Made by a program: the position numbers and the translations under genes. From Myxococcota bacterium (lineage in GTDB: Bacteria; Myxococcota; Myxococcia; Myxococcales; Myxococcaceae), in NCBI GenBank assembly GCA_049322255.1, contig JBMORE010000187.1, positions 1 to 50,875 on the forward strand: a DNA stretch of 50,875 nucleotides, in the 5' to 3' direction. The notes below the pieces were generated by a model. The model was not told where the DNA came from. It searched no databases and was given only the letters and a program-made list of their open reading frames with translations. Positions 17,656-27,602 of this stretch are shown here, one piece after another; positions within the stretch are counted from its first letter, which is position 1; each line of letters begins with the position of its first letter.

Positions 17656-17985
17656 TCACTGCAATCCGAGCAGCCGCTGAAGGAGCAGGTCCTCGATCTC
17701 GCGGCGCGCATCCAAGACGGCGAGACCCCCCACTTCTCGGCCATCGATGCGATACACGAGCCTCCATGGTCCTTCGAGCAGCTCGCGAAATGCGGTGATC
17801 CCTTGGCGCCGTAGCTCGGGAACGACCCTTCCCCGCTCGGGGAACCTCGCCAGCGTTCGCGCGCGCGCCTCCAGCCGGTTCAAGACGCGGACGGCGTCGC
17901 TCGACGAATGCTCGGCGATGAAGTCCAAAATCTCGAGCAAGTCAGTTCGCGCCACGCTGGACCATCGGACGCGATAGCGCTTCAT
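17656..17985 (-). CDS. type II toxin, RelE/ParE family
   Basis: VRWSSVARTDLLEILDFIA...LARFPERGRVVPE...REL...WRLVYRI...VLDARR. Confidence 0.92.
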   Translation of the reverse strand: MKRYRVRWSSVARTDLLEILDFIAEHSSSDAVRVLNRLEARARTLARFPERGRVVPELRRQGITAFRELLEGPWRLVYRIDGREVGGLAVLDARREIEDLLLQRLLGLQ

Positions 17986-18257
17986 TCGCCGCGTGCGCGC
18001 CGTCGCAGCCGCGCCCGCGCTTGGCGAAAGACCTCGTCTTGCGTGAAGGCCCGGCCTGCTTCGAAGTCCCGCTCACCCATCGCCAAGAGCTTCAACATCG
18101 CCAGCGCCTTTCGACTCTGTTGCCACGTCTCGTGACTGACGATCACGGCAGCGCCTGCTCCATTTTGAGTGACCAGAACCCCGTCGCCGGTGGACTTCAC
18201 CGCTTCGAGAACTTCGGCGAAATGCGCTTTCACGTACGACACCGGCTTCGTCTTCAT
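17982..18257 (-). CDS. type II antitoxin, Phd/YefM family
   Basis: KPVSYVKAHFAEVL...VLVTQNG..AAVIVS..W...LKLLAMGE.D..AGR; 4-nt overlap with toxin. Confidence 0.9.
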   Translation of the reverse strand: MKTKPVSYVKAHFAEVLEAVKSTGDGVLVTQNGAGAAVIVSHETWQQSRKALAMLKLLAMGERDFEAGRAFTQDEVFRQARARLRRRARGE

Positions 18258-18526
18258 AGGTCGATAAAAGGTACTGAATATTGACCTGGTCGACAACCAC
18301 GTCGTGGCGAGAAGAGGACCAACCGTGTTTTCGACGCTCGTGGTTGCCGTGCTCAGACGGAGCTCTACGTGTACAGCTCCCAAGGGGTCGCACTAACGTC
18401 TCGGAAGCAGCGCAGCGGTCTGATCAGCAAGCTGGTCCTGGTGCGCGAACCAACGAACACGGTATTTCGCGATGGGAGCCTGCGCAGCTGGCGAAGCAAT
18501 GAAGCCGAAATAGTTCGGCGATTTGG

Positions 18527-19327
18527 CTATAGCCGTCGGTGCTCCAGCGCGGGGAGGTTCTTCCGAATCCGAGCGAGCAACTCGAGATCGAGCTGTGCCA
18601 CCGTCACCCCTTCGCCGTCCGAGGCCCGCGCCACCACCAGCCCCCACGGGTCCACCACCATCGCGTGGCCGTAGGTCTGCCGCTTCTCCGAGTGCTTGCC
18701 CCACTGCGCGGGAGCGAGGACGTAGGCCTGGTTCTCGATGGCCCGGGCGCGCAAGAGCACCTCCCAGTGGTCCTTCCCGGTCATCAGGGTGAAGGCAGCC
18801 GGCACGGTGAGCAGGGTCGCTCCTTGCGCGGAGAGCTTTCGGTACAGCTCGGGGAAGCGCAGGTCGTAGCACACCGAGAGGCCGACCTTGCCAATGTCGG
18901 TGGGCGCCACCACCACTTCCGAACCAGGCGCCACCGCATCCGACTCGCGGTAGGTGGCCCCGTCGCCGACGTCGACGTCGAAGAGGTGAATCTTCCGGTA
19001 AACCGCCAGGCGCTCTCCGGCCGGGCCGAACAGCACGCTGGTGTTGTACAGCTTGCCGCCGGGAGCCCCCGTCTCCAGCACCGAACCGGCGAGCAGGGTG
19101 AGCCCAAGCTCTCTGGCCAGCTGGGCAAAACGGCTCAGGGTCGGGCCGTCGAGGGGTTCGGCGGCGCCCGGCCGGTCACGCTCCGGACCCATCCAGACGA
19201 CATTCTCCGGCAAACCGACCAATTGAGCCCCCCGCTCGGCGGCCTGGCGAACGAGCCGGGTGGCGGTCTCCACATTGGCGGCCTTGTCTGCTCCCGAGGT
19301 CATTTGTACCGCTGCGATGAGTGCCAT
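18527..19327 (-). CDS. carbon-nitrogen hydrolase (Nit1 / deaminated glutathione amidase-like)
   Basis: E-K-C triad: LPEN, YRKIHLFDV, VCYDLRFPE; AFTLMTGKDHWEVLLRARAIENQ. Confidence 0.95.
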   Translation of the reverse strand: MALIAAVQMTSGADKAANVETATRLVRQAAERGAQLVGLPENVVWMGPERDRPGAAEPLDGPTLSRFAQLARELGLTLLAGSVLETGAPGGKLYNTSVLFGPAGERLAVYRKIHLFDVDVGDGATYRESDAVAPGSEVVVAPTDIGKVGLSVCYDLRFPELYRKLSAQGATLLTVPAAFTLMTGKDHWEVLLRARAIENQAYVLAPAQWGKHSEKRQTYGHAMVVDPWGLVVARASDGEGVTVAQLDLELLARIRKNLPALEHRRL

Positions 19328-19461
19328 TGGCTTCCTTTGCCGGGCCTGGAAATACCGGCTCCTCCCTCCTGGTTTTCGTCAGCCTGCCAGGGTGCTCCCT
19401 CGCTTTACACCCCGCGTGGGAATGTAGTAGGAGCGCCCCGACATTTTTCGGAAGTGCTTCG

Positions 19462-19495
19462 AAAAGTGGGCCTAGTTGCCCGCTTTTTGTTTTTT
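19462..19495 (+). terminator. rimP leader terminator/attenuator
   Basis: AAAAGTGGGC-CTAGTT-GCCCGCTTTT followed by TGTTTTTT, ending 6 nt before the rimP ATG. Confidence 0.8.
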
Positions 19496-19501
19496 GGGGC
19501 C

Positions 19502-19984
19502 ATGAATCAGCCATCGACCAAGCAGAGCATCGAAGAGCGCGCCCGCGAGGTGGCCGAGCCCATCGTCGCCGCCGAGGGCTACGAGCTGGTCGACCTCGAG
19601 TACGTGCGCGAGCGCGAGGGCTGGGTCTTGCGGCTTTTCATCGACAAGCCGGGCGGGGTGGGGCTGGAGGACTGCACCAACGTCTCCCGGGCAGTGGAGA
19701 CGGCCCTCGACGTAGAAGACGTGGTTCCCCAGGAGTACCACCTGGAGGTCTCCAGCCCGGGTCTTTCCCGCCCGCTGACCAAGCCAGACCACTTCCGCCG
19801 GGCCGAGGGGAAGAAAATCAAGGTGAAGACCTACGGGCCGATCGGGGAGCCGCCGCGGAAGAACTTCAGCGGGGTGCTGGCGGGCGTGGCCGACGACGGC
19901 GTCACCGTGGAGGTCGAGGGAGCGGGCGCTTTCCGCATTCCTTACAAAGACATTGCCAAAGCGAATCTGGAGTTCGAGTTCTAG
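19502..19984 (+). CDS. rimP: ribosome maturation factor RimP
   Basis: GYELVDLE, LRLFIDK.GGV.LEDC, YHLEVSSPG.RPL, I.KANL; first gene of the nusA-infB operon. Confidence 0.97.
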   Translation: MNQPSTKQSIEERAREVAEPIVAAEGYELVDLEYVREREGWVLRLFIDKPGGVGLEDCTNVSRAVETALDVEDVVPQEYHLEVSSPGLSRPLTKPDHFRRAEGKKIKVKTYGPIGEPPRKNFSGVLAGVADDGVTVEVEGAGAFRIPYKDIAKANLEFEF

Positions 19985-19993
19985 GAGAAGAAG

Positions 19994-21679
19994 ATGGCTA
20001 CCGCACCCGCACTACCGAACGTCAACTTGAACCTCGTTCTCGACCAAGTGGCCAAGGACAAGGGCATCGACCGCAGCGTGCTCATCGCCACCCTGGAGGA
20101 CGCGATGACCACCGCGGCGAAGAAACACTTCGGCATGGACCGCAACCTCGAGGCCAAATACGACTCCGACAAGGGCGTGGTGGAGCTGTTCCAGGCCATC
20201 ACCGTGGTGGAGCAGGTCACCGACCCGGTGCAGGCGGTCAACCAGCTCACCATGGAGGAGGCGAAGAAGAAGGGCATGGAGGTCGAGCCCGGCGACGAGC
20301 TGGTGTTCCAGATTTTCTACCGTGACGAGGATGCCGCCGAGGCCAAGGCGCAAGACGACCAGTACGGCGATATCTTGCAGCTGAAGACCTACCGACGCGG
20401 GTTCGGGCGCATCGCCGCCCAGACCGCCAAGCAGGTCATTCTCCAGCGCACCCGCGACGCCGAGCGGGAGAACGTCTACAACGAGTACAAAGACCGCAAG
20501 AACGAGATCATCACCGGCATCGCCCGCAGGTTCGAGCGGGGCAACATCGTCGTCGACCTAGGGAGGGCCGAGGCGGTGTTGCCGGTGCGCGAGCAGGTGC
20601 CGCGCGAGACCTACCGCGCCGGTGACCGGGTGCAGGCGTACGTCATCGACGTCTTACGCGAGGCCAAGGGGCCGCAGATCATTCTCTCCCGTGCCAGCGT
20701 CAACCTGCTCACCAAGCTGTTCGAGATGGAGGTCCCCGAGATCGCCGAAGGAATCGTGATCATCGAGGCCGCGGCCCGTGAGCCAGGCGGCCGGGCGAAG
20801 ATCGCCGTCAGCTCGCGCGACTCCGACGTCGACCCGGTGGGCGCCTGCGTGGGCATGAAGGGCAGCCGGGTGCAGGCGGTGGTGCAGGAGCTGCGCGGGG
20901 AGAAGATCGACATCGTCCCCTTCGACGAGGACCCGGCCCGCTTCGTGTGCGCTGCGCTGGCTCCCGCCGAGGTCAGCCGGGTGATCATCGACGAGGCCAA
21001 CCACGCGATGGAGCTCATCGTCCCCGACGACCAGCTCTCCTTGGCCATCGGCCGCCGGGGCCAGAACGTGCGGTTGGCCGCCCAGCTCACTGGCTGGAAG
21101 CTGGACATCAACAGCGAGACCCGCGTGAAGGAGATGCGCGAGTTCGCCAACAAGAGCCTGGGAGCGCTGCCCGGGGTCACCGAGATGCTCATCGAGACCC
21201 TCTACGCCCACGGCTTCCGCCAGGCCAAGGACATCGCCGAGGCCAACCCGGAGGTGCTGGCGCAAATCCCCGGGCTCGACCCCTCGCGCATTCCGGCGAT
21301 GCAGGAGCGGGCCAAGAGCCAGATGATCGACGACGCCGCCGAGCTGGCGCGCATCGACTACGAGCGCGAGCAGGCCCGGCTCATCGAGGCACGCCGCCAC
21401 CCCGACGAGCTCAACCCCACAGAGCGCATGCTGCGGGTGCGCGGCCTGGGCGAGAAGACCATCGAGCAGCTCACCGCCGGCGGCTACCACTCGGTGGAGG
21501 ACATCGCCAACGAGAAGGACATCGCCAAGCTGGGTGACGTGCCTGGGGTGGGAATCAAGAAAGCGCGGCAGCTCAAGAGCGCTGCGGAGAATTACCTGGT
21601 CGAGGAGGCCAAGCTGCGTGCCGAGCTCAACGCCGAGCGCGCGGCCAGCGGGGCTGGCGCCGCCGCGCCCCAAGGGTGA
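19994..21679 (+). CDS. nusA: transcription termination factor NusA
   Basis: [14 protein letters not shown]1, [40 protein letters not shown]-terminal HhH repeats. Confidence 0.99.
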   Translation: MATAPALPNVNLNLVLDQVAKDKGIDRSVLIATLEDAMTTAAKKHFGMDRNLEAKYDSDKGVVELFQAITVVEQVTDPVQAVNQLTMEEAKKKGMEVEPGDELVFQIFYRDEDAAEAKAQDDQYGDILQLKTYRRGFGRIAAQTAKQVILQRTRDAERENVYNEYKDRKNEIITGIARRFERGNIVVDLGRAEAVLPVREQVPRETYRAGDRVQAYVIDVLREAKGPQIILSRASVNLLTKLFEMEVPEIAEGIVIIEAAAREPGGRAKIAVSSRDSDVDPVGACVGMKGSRVQAVVQELRGEKIDIVPFDEDPARFVCAALAPAEVSRVIIDEANHAMELIVPDDQLSLAIGRRGQNVRLAAQLTGWKLDINSETRVKEMREFANKSLGALPGVTEMLIETLYAHGFRQAKDIAEANPEVLAQIPGLDPSRIPAMQERAKSQMIDDAAELARIDYEREQARLIEARRHPDELNPTERMLRVRGLGEKTIEQLTAGGYHSVEDIANEKDIAKLGDVPGVGIKKARQLKSAAENYLVEEAKLRAELNAERAASGAGAAAPQG

Positions 21680-21694
21680 GGGAACCAAGTCCGT

Positions 21695-21985
21695 TTGCTG
21701 TTAACCAAGAGACACACTGAAAAGGAGGCCGCCGCACCCGAAAGAACGTGCGTCGGCTGTGGACAGCGGCGACCCAAGTGGTCGCTCCACCGCCTGGTCA
21801 TCGATCAAGAAGGCCAGCTGGTGTTCGACAAGCCGCAGACCGCTCCTGGCAGGGGGGCGTACCTCTGCGGAAAAGGCTGCCTGACGGCAGCAGCCAAGCG
21901 GAGGGCCTTCCAGCGGGCCTTCCGGGGCAAAGCGAAGCCGCTGGAGACCACGGGCCTGGAGGCACTCCTGCAGGCGGCCCCGTAA
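21695..21985 (+). CDS. ylxR: YlxR family RNA-binding protein (DUF448)
   Basis: PERTCVGC, GRGAYLC, A.KRRAF.RAFR; position between nusA and infB. Confidence 0.93.
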   Translation: MLLTKRHTEKEAAAPERTCVGCGQRRPKWSLHRLVIDQEGQLVFDKPQTAPGRGAYLCGKGCLTAAAKRRAFQRAFRGKAKPLETTGLEALLQAAP

Positions 21986-22116
21986 GCGGGCTGCGAAGAC
22001 GACGAAGGACAGCGGTGGCTTGAAGCGTTGATCATTTCGTCTACCAGGAATTTGGAATATGCCGCGCTTCGCCAAACGGCGAGCGGACTGGCTCGTGATT
22101 GAGATTGGGTGTGGTC

Positions 22117-24729
22117 ATGTCGAAGAAACGCGTACACGAAATCGCCAAAGAGCTGAAGTCGCTCGGCATCGAGCTCGACAACAAGGAAGTCGTCAACGAG
22201 CTGGTGGCGCTGGGCTACGACGTCAAGAGCCATTCCAGCTCCCTCGAGGACGACCAGGCGACCGCGGCGATTCAGAAGATCGTCGACAAGAAGAAGCCCA
22301 AGAAGGTGGTAGCCCCGGTGGCGGCCAAGGGGTTCGTGGTGCGCCGCAAGGTGATCTCCGCCGACGAGGCGCCTGCGCCCGACGCTGCGCCGGTGGAGGC
22401 GACGCGAGCCCCCGAGCCGGTCGAGGAGCCCCCCGCCCCCGTTCATGTCCTCCCTTCCGCCGTCGAGCCGAAGGTGGAGGAGCTCGTCCCCGTGGCCCCT
22501 CCTGTCGCTGCGCCGGCACAAGCGCCTTCGCCCGCTCCCCGGCCCGCCGTGCACACGGCCGCCGCGGTAGCCCAGCCAGCGGTTCAACCCCGGCAGGCGC
22601 TCGACCCGCGCCAGCTCAGGCCCACCGCCACCCAGGCAGTGGTGATCAGCCGCCCTTCGGTGGCGGTTCGCCGGGTCACGCCGACTTCCACGGCGCACAA
22701 GCAGATTCCCGCTGCCCCGGGCAAGAAGGCCATCGGGGAGGTGCGCGAATTCAAGGTGGTGCCCGACCACCTGGGGCGCGGCCGTGAGCTGGTGGACGTT
22801 TCGAAGAACAAGGCCGATCGCGGCAAGAAGCGCTCCACCACCGAGAAGGAAGGCTCCTTCAGCCAGCAGGACATCAAAGAGCTGATGTTCGGGCGGGTGT
22901 CCATTCCCATTCGCGGCAAGAAGCGCAAGCCGACCAAGAAGGGTCAAAAGACGCAGATCACCGAGATGGCCGAGGAGAAGAAGGTCATCAAGGTGCAGGA
23001 GGGGGTGTCGGTCTCCGAGCTGTCGCAGCGCATGGGGGTGAAGACCGCCGACATCATCAAGAAGCTGATGGCCGCCGGCACCATGGCCACCGCCAACCAG
23101 ATGCTCGACGCCGAGACGGCGGGCATCCTCGCCTCCGACTACGGCTGGCGGGTGGAGAAGATCGGCTTCGAGGTGGAAGACCATCTCCCCGAGGTGGAGG
23201 ACCGGCCCGAGGATGCGCGGCCCCGCCCGCCGGTGGTGACGGTGATGGGGCACGTCGACCACGGCAAGACCTCGCTCCTCGACGCCATTCGCCAGACCGA
23301 CGTGGCTTCCGGCGAGGCCGGCGGCATCACCCAGCACATCGGCGCGTACACAGTGGCCACCCCCAAGGGGGAGATCACCTTCCTCGACACCCCGGGCCAC
23401 GAGGCCTTCACCTCGATGCGCGCCCGCGGCGCCAACGTGACCGACGTGGTGGTGCTGGTGGTGGCGGCCGACGACGGGGTGATGCCTCAGACCAAGGAAG
23501 CCATCAGCCACGCCAAGGCGGCCGAGGTGCCCATCGTGGTCGCCTTAAACAAGATGGACACCCAGGGCGCCAACCCCGACCGGGTGAAGAAGGAGCTCTC
23601 CGAGCAAGGGCTGCTCCCCGAGGACTGGGGCGGCGACACCATCATGGTGCCGGTGTCGGCCAAGACGAAGATGGGCATCGACCTGCTCCTGGAGAACATC
23701 GCTCTGCAGGCCGAGGTGCTCGAGCTGGCCTCCAACCCCAACCGCCCGGCGGTGGGGGCGATCATCGAGGCCAAGCTGGACAAGGGCCGCGGTCCGGTGG
23801 CCACGGTGCTGGTGCAGGAGGGCACGCTGCGGCACGGCGACCCCATCGTCTCGGGAACCGACTACGGGCGGGTCAAGGCGATGGTCAACGACCGGGGCGA
23901 GACGGTGAAGGAGCTCTTCCCCGGCTACTCCGCCGAGGTGCTGGGTCTGTCAGGGGTGCCCACTGCGGGCGACACGCTCCACGTGGTGGAAGACGAGAAG
24001 GCAGCCAAGGAAATCGCCGACCACCGCGCCCTCAAGGAGCGCCAAGCGCAGATGGGCAAGACCTCGAAGGAGTCGCTCGAGGCGTTGTTCAACAAGATGA
24101 AGGCCGGCGAGGCCAAGGACCTCAAGGTGGTGGTGAAGGCCGATGTGCAAGGCTCGCTGGAGGCGGTGTCCCAGGCGGTGGAGAATCTTTCCACCCCCAA
24201 GGTGAAGGTGACCCTGGTGCACAAAGGCGTGGGGGCGCTCACCGAGACCGACGTGATGCTGGCCGCGGCGTCCAAGGGCATCGTCATCGGCTTCAACGTC
24301 AAGCCTGAGTCGGGCGCCGAGGCCACCGCCAAGGCGCAGGGCGTGGGCATGTACACCTACAACATCATCTACGAGCTGCTCGACGGGGTGCGCGGGGCGA
24401 TGGAGGGAATGCTGGAGCCGATTCGCACCGAGAAGCGGCTGGGGAGGGCGGAGGTGCGCAACCTCTTCAACGTGCCCAAGCTGGGGACGATCGCCGGCGC
24501 GGCGGTCATCGACGGTACCATCAAGCGCACTGCGCTGGTGCGGCTGTGGCGCGACAACAAGCAGGTGCACGCCGGCAAGCTCGCCTCGCTCAAGCGCTTC
24601 AAGGACGACGTGCGCGAGGTGGCCCAAGGCTTCGAGTGCGGTATCGGCATCGAGGACTACTCGGACATCAAGCCCGGGGACATCATCGAGGCGTACGAGA
24701 TCGAGGAGACCCGGCCCAGCCTCACCTAG
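22117..24729 (+). CDS. infB: translation initiation factor IF-2
   Basis: [53 protein letters not shown]. Confidence 0.99.
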   Translation: MSKKRVHEIAKELKSLGIELDNKEVVNELVALGYDVKSHSSSLEDDQATAAIQKIVDKKKPKKVVAPVAAKGFVVRRKVISADEAPAPDAAPVEATRAPEPVEEPPAPVHVLPSAVEPKVEELVPVAPPVAAPAQAPSPAPRPAVHTAAAVAQPAVQPRQALDPRQLRPTATQAVVISRPSVAVRRVTPTSTAHKQIPAAPGKKAIGEVREFKVVPDHLGRGRELVDVSKNKADRGKKRSTTEKEGSFSQQDIKELMFGRVSIPIRGKKRKPTKKGQKTQITEMAEEKKVIKVQEGVSVSELSQRMGVKTADIIKKLMAAGTMATANQMLDAETAGILASDYGWRVEKIGFEVEDHLPEVEDRPEDARPRPPVVTVMGHVDHGKTSLLDAIRQTDVASGEAGGITQHIGAYTVATPKGEITFLDTPGHEAFTSMRARGANVTDVVVLVVAADDGVMPQTKEAISHAKAAEVPIVVALNKMDTQGANPDRVKKELSEQGLLPEDWGGDTIMVPVSAKTKMGIDLLLENIALQAEVLELASNPNRPAVGAIIEAKLDKGRGPVATVLVQEGTLRHGDPIVSGTDYGRVKAMVNDRGETVKELFPGYSAEVLGLSGVPTAGDTLHVVEDEKAAKEIADHRALKERQAQMGKTSKESLEALFNKMKAGEAKDLKVVVKADVQGSLEAVSQAVENLSTPKVKVTLVHKGVGALTETDVMLAAASKGIVIGFNVKPESGAEATAKAQGVGMYTYNIIYELLDGVRGAMEGMLEPIRTEKRLGRAEVRNLFNVPKLGTIAGAAVIDGTIKRTALVRLWRDNKQVHAGKLASLKRFKDDVREVAQGFECGIGIEDYSDIKPGDIIEAYEIEETRPSLT

Positions 24730-24835
24730 CCGCTTGGCGGGCGACGGGGCACTTTGGGCGGTGGATTAAAGCCGCCGTCAGGGTGCGCTATGCCCCGGCC
24801 AAAGAGGCCTTTCTTCCTTTCACAAAGGTGCCCCC

Positions 24836-25366
24836 ATGTTCGCCTGCGTCGCCCGCGTCACCTTGGAGATTCCCGACACCGGCTCGCTCAAGGCCAAGCG
24901 GCAGGTGCTTCGCCGCGTCACCGATCGGGTGAAGGCCCGCTTCAACGTCTCGGTCGCCGAGGTGGATGACAACGGGCTGTGGCAGCGCGCCACCGTCGGG
25001 CTGGCGGTGGTGGGTAACGAGCGCCGGTTCGTCAACGAGCAGATGGACAAGATTCTGCAGTTCATCGACGACATGTACGTGGCGCCGATGGTGAGCAGAG
25101 AAATGGAGATCGTCTCCTTCGGCGATCTGCTCTACGGCGAAGAGGATGCGCTGTCGTCGATTCACCACGGCCAACGCTCGCTCGCCGAAGCGGAAGGGCT
25201 GGGGGAGTGGGAGAAGCGTCACGAGGCCAAGAGCGCCCCCTCCGAGCCGCTTCGGCCCAAGGAGACGAAGAACGGCAAGGGCAAGCGACCGCGCACGTTG
25301 CCGCTCGAAGAGGCGCGCGCCAAGGCACGGGCGCTGCGTAACCCACGCGAGTGGGAGAAGGAATGA
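24836..25366 (+). CDS. DUF503 (YlxP) family protein with C-terminal extension
   Basis: SLKAKRQVL...[12 protein letters not shown]...WQRA.VG. Confidence 0.9.
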   Translation: MFACVARVTLEIPDTGSLKAKRQVLRRVTDRVKARFNVSVAEVDDNGLWQRATVGLAVVGNERRFVNEQMDKILQFIDDMYVAPMVSREMEIVSFGDLLYGEEDALSSIHHGQRSLAEAEGLGEWEKRHEAKSAPSEPLRPKETKNGKGKRPRTLPLEEARAKARALRNPREWEKE

Positions 25367-25370
25367 AGAA

Positions 25371-25730
25371 ATGGGTACGCACGCGCGCACCGAGCGGGTG
25401 GGGCAGGAGATTTTGGCGGCGATCGCCGACCTCTTGGCGCGGGGAATGCTGCGGGACCCCCGCATCGGCTACATCACCCTCACCGGGGTGAAGATGTCGC
25501 CCGACCTCCGGGTGGCCAAGGTCTACTACTCGCTCATCGGCAGCGAGGAGAAGCGCAAGGAGACCCAGGAGGGGCTCGACGCCGCCAAGGGTTTCGTGCG
25601 CCGCGAGGTGACCTCCAAGGTCAAGCTGCGGGTGTCCCCGGAAATCTATTTCGCCTACGACGGCTCCCTCTCTGAAGGGGACAAAATCGACCGCCTGCTC
25701 CGCGAGGTGAAGGAGAAGGAAGGCTGGTAA
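25371..25730 (+). CDS. rbfA: ribosome-binding factor A
   Basis: [27 protein letters not shown]...LRVSPE..F.YD. Confidence 0.97.
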   Translation: MGTHARTERVGQEILAAIADLLARGMLRDPRIGYITLTGVKMSPDLRVAKVYYSLIGSEEKRKETQEGLDAAKGFVRREVTSKVKLRVSPEIYFAYDGSLSEGDKIDRLLREVKEKEGW

Positions 25731-25736
25731 CAAGCA

Positions 25737-25772
25737 CCCTCTCTCCCTCTGGGAGAGGGTGGGGGTGAGGGG
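25737..25772 (+). repeat. palindromic triplex-type repeat, copy C (rbfA-truB)
   Basis: CCCTCTCTCCCTCTGGGAGAGGGTGGGGGTGAGGGG. Confidence 0.85.
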
Positions 25773-25798
25773 CACGATGCTAAGCTGGTTGCTGTTCA

Positions 25799-26674
25799 AT
25801 GCACGGCGTCCTCGTCATCGACAAGCCCTCCGGTCCCACGTCCTTCGACGTGGTTCGACGGGTGCGCTCGGCGCTGAAGGTCAAGAAGGCGGGACACACC
25901 GGTACGCTCGACCCGATGGCCACCGGGGTGCTGCCCGTGTGCCTGGGCGACGCCACCAAGGTGGCCGGTTACATCACCGAAGGGGACAAGACGTACGAGG
26001 CGGTGGTGCGCCTGGGGCAGACCACCGATACCCTCGATGCCGAGGGCAAGGTGTTGGCCGAATCGCCCATTCCCGTGCTGCGCGCGGCCGAGCTCGAGGC
26101 GGTGTTGACGACGTTTCGCGGCAAGCAGCTGCAGACCCCGCCGATGTACTCGGCGGTCAAGGTGGGGGGGAAACGCTTGTACGAGCTGGCGCGGTCAGGA
26201 GCGGAAATCGCCCGTGCGGCGCGGCCGGTCGAGGTGTACGAGCTGTCGGTGCGAGACTTTTCCGCCAGCGAGCTTCGGCTGACCGTGCGGTGTTCCAAGG
26301 GCTTCTTCGTGCGGGTGCTCGCCGCCGAGCTGGGGGAAAAGCTGGGCTGCGGGGCGCACCTCAAGGCTCTGCGCCGTTTGCAGAGCGGGCCGTTCACCCT
26401 GGCGCAGGCGCTGCCGCTGGAGAAGGTCGAAGCGCTCGCCGCTTCCTCCCAAGGGCTGGCCGAGCTGGCTGGCCGCCTGGTGCCGGTGGAGGAGGCGCTC
26501 GCCGAGCTCCCGGCGTTTGGGGTGAGCGCAGCCGACGCGGTGAAGGTGACGCACGGGGTGCCGCTCGAGGCGGCGGCGACGGGGCGGGTGAGGGTGGTGG
26601 GGCCCAATGGACGCTTGTTGGCGATCGCCGACGTGGAGAGGGGCCGGCTCAAGTATCGTCGGGTGCTGGCATGA
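25799..26674 (+). CDS. truB: tRNA pseudouridine(55) synthase
   Basis: DKPSGPTSFDVV, GHTGTLDPMATGVL, QTPPMYSAVKVGGKRLYELAR. Confidence 0.98.
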   Translation: MHGVLVIDKPSGPTSFDVVRRVRSALKVKKAGHTGTLDPMATGVLPVCLGDATKVAGYITEGDKTYEAVVRLGQTTDTLDAEGKVLAESPIPVLRAAELEAVLTTFRGKQLQTPPMYSAVKVGGKRLYELARSGAEIARAARPVEVYELSVRDFSASELRLTVRCSKGFFVRVLAAELGEKLGCGAHLKALRRLQSGPFTLAQALPLEKVEALAASSQGLAELAGRLVPVEEALAELPAFGVSAADAVKVTHGVPLEAAATGRVRVVGPNGRLLAIADVERGRLKYRRVLA

Positions 26675-26991
26675 ATGTGACGGTGATGGTCGCCGATGCG
26701 CTCAGGCCCGCGGTGGAGGGCCGGCCCAAGCTCGAATTGGGCGTTCCTTCGGGCGCCGAGCTGGGCGAGGTGCTGCAAACGCTCTTCGAGCTCTACCCCA
26801 AGCTGGCGCAGCACATGCCCAGCGAGAAGACGGCCGCCCGAGCGCATTTGGCGGTCTACCTCGCCGAGCCGTTGACTGGCCGCCGCAGCCTCGCCATTCG
26901 TGAAGGGCAAAAGGTATGGCTGTTCGGAGCCACCAGCTTTCCGCCTCCCGTGGCGCAGGCGGCCGCGGCCAGCCGCAAGGGCCGCAAGTAG
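26671..26991 (+). CDS. hypothetical protein, possible MoaD/ThiS-like fold lacking C-terminal GG
   Basis: VTV....LR..V.G...L.L.V..G..LGEVL..L..LYP.L pattern; ATGA overlap with truB. Confidence 0.6.
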   Translation: MNVTVMVADALRPAVEGRPKLELGVPSGAELGEVLQTLFELYPKLAQHMPSEKTAARAHLAVYLAEPLTGRRSLAIREGQKVWLFGATSFPPPVAQAAAASRKGRK

Positions 26992-27010
26992 CGCACCTGG
27001 CCCCCGGCAG

Positions 27011-27039
27011 TTGACCAGCCGATACCAGGGGCCTATAAG
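27011..27039 (+). promoter_or_regulatory. sigma70-type promoter of rpsO
   Basis: TTGACC-N17-TATAAG, about 90 nt upstream of the rpsO ATG. Confidence 0.7.
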
Positions 27040-27129
27040 CGCCCGGCTTTTGAAGCTGGCGACCCCGCCTGTACCCCTCCGCGGACGGTGGCGTCTTTCG
27101 AATCATGGGAGCGGGAAGGAAGAAGAGTC

Positions 27130-27399
27130 ATGTCGTTGCACCGTGAGCGCAAGAGCGCGCTCGTCAGCAAGTTCAAGGTTCACGAGAAGGACACCGGGTC
27201 GCCCGAGGTGCAGGTGGCGCTGCTTTCCGAGCGCATCACCTACCTCACCGAGCACTTCAAGACCCATAAGAAAGACCACCACTCGCGCCGCGGGCTGCTC
27301 AAGCTCGTCGGTCAGCGCCGCCGGCTCCTCGACTACCTCAAGACGAAGGACGCCAATCGGTACAAGAAGCTGATCGAAGGCCTGGGTATTCGGAAGTAG
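27130..27399 (+). CDS. rpsO: 30S ribosomal protein S15
   Basis: [34 protein letters not shown]; 89 aa. Confidence 0.99.
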   Translation: MSLHRERKSALVSKFKVHEKDTGSPEVQVALLSERITYLTEHFKTHKKDHHSRRGLLKLVGQRRRLLDYLKTKDANRYKKLIEGLGIRK

Positions 27400-27416
27400 A
27401 GCGGTTTTTTCCCTGT

Positions 27417-27444
27417 GGGGCGCTCATGGGGAGCGCCCCGTTTC
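27417..27444 (+). terminator. hairpin downstream of rpsO (weak terminator-like)
   Basis: GGGGCGCTC-ATGGG-GAGCGCCCC followed by GTTTC. Confidence 0.55.
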
Positions 27445-27470
27445 ACATCGGCCGGACGGCGCCAAGGAAA

Positions 27471-27561
27471 GAGGGACGCGGACAAGGATTTTTGATTTCC
27501 GTTCGAGGTCGTCGAGCACGTCGACGGCGGCGAAAAGAGATCAAAGTCCCCCGCCTCCCTC
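27471..27561 (+). promoter_or_regulatory. long pnp leader stem-loop (candidate RNase III site)
   Basis: GAGGGA/TCCCTC, GCGG/CCGC, GGATTTTTGATTTC/GAGATCAAAGTCC, GTCGTCGA/TCGACGGC nested pairings. Confidence 0.65.
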
Positions 27562-27602
27562 GACTTTTGGAAAGCCTCTCCGAGCCGCCCTGGAGAAGCA
27601 CC

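Noticed and set aside
18281..18520. Possible gene between phd and the nitrilase
   Set aside because: Only short fragments in several frames, no start/SD or motif; at most a remnant
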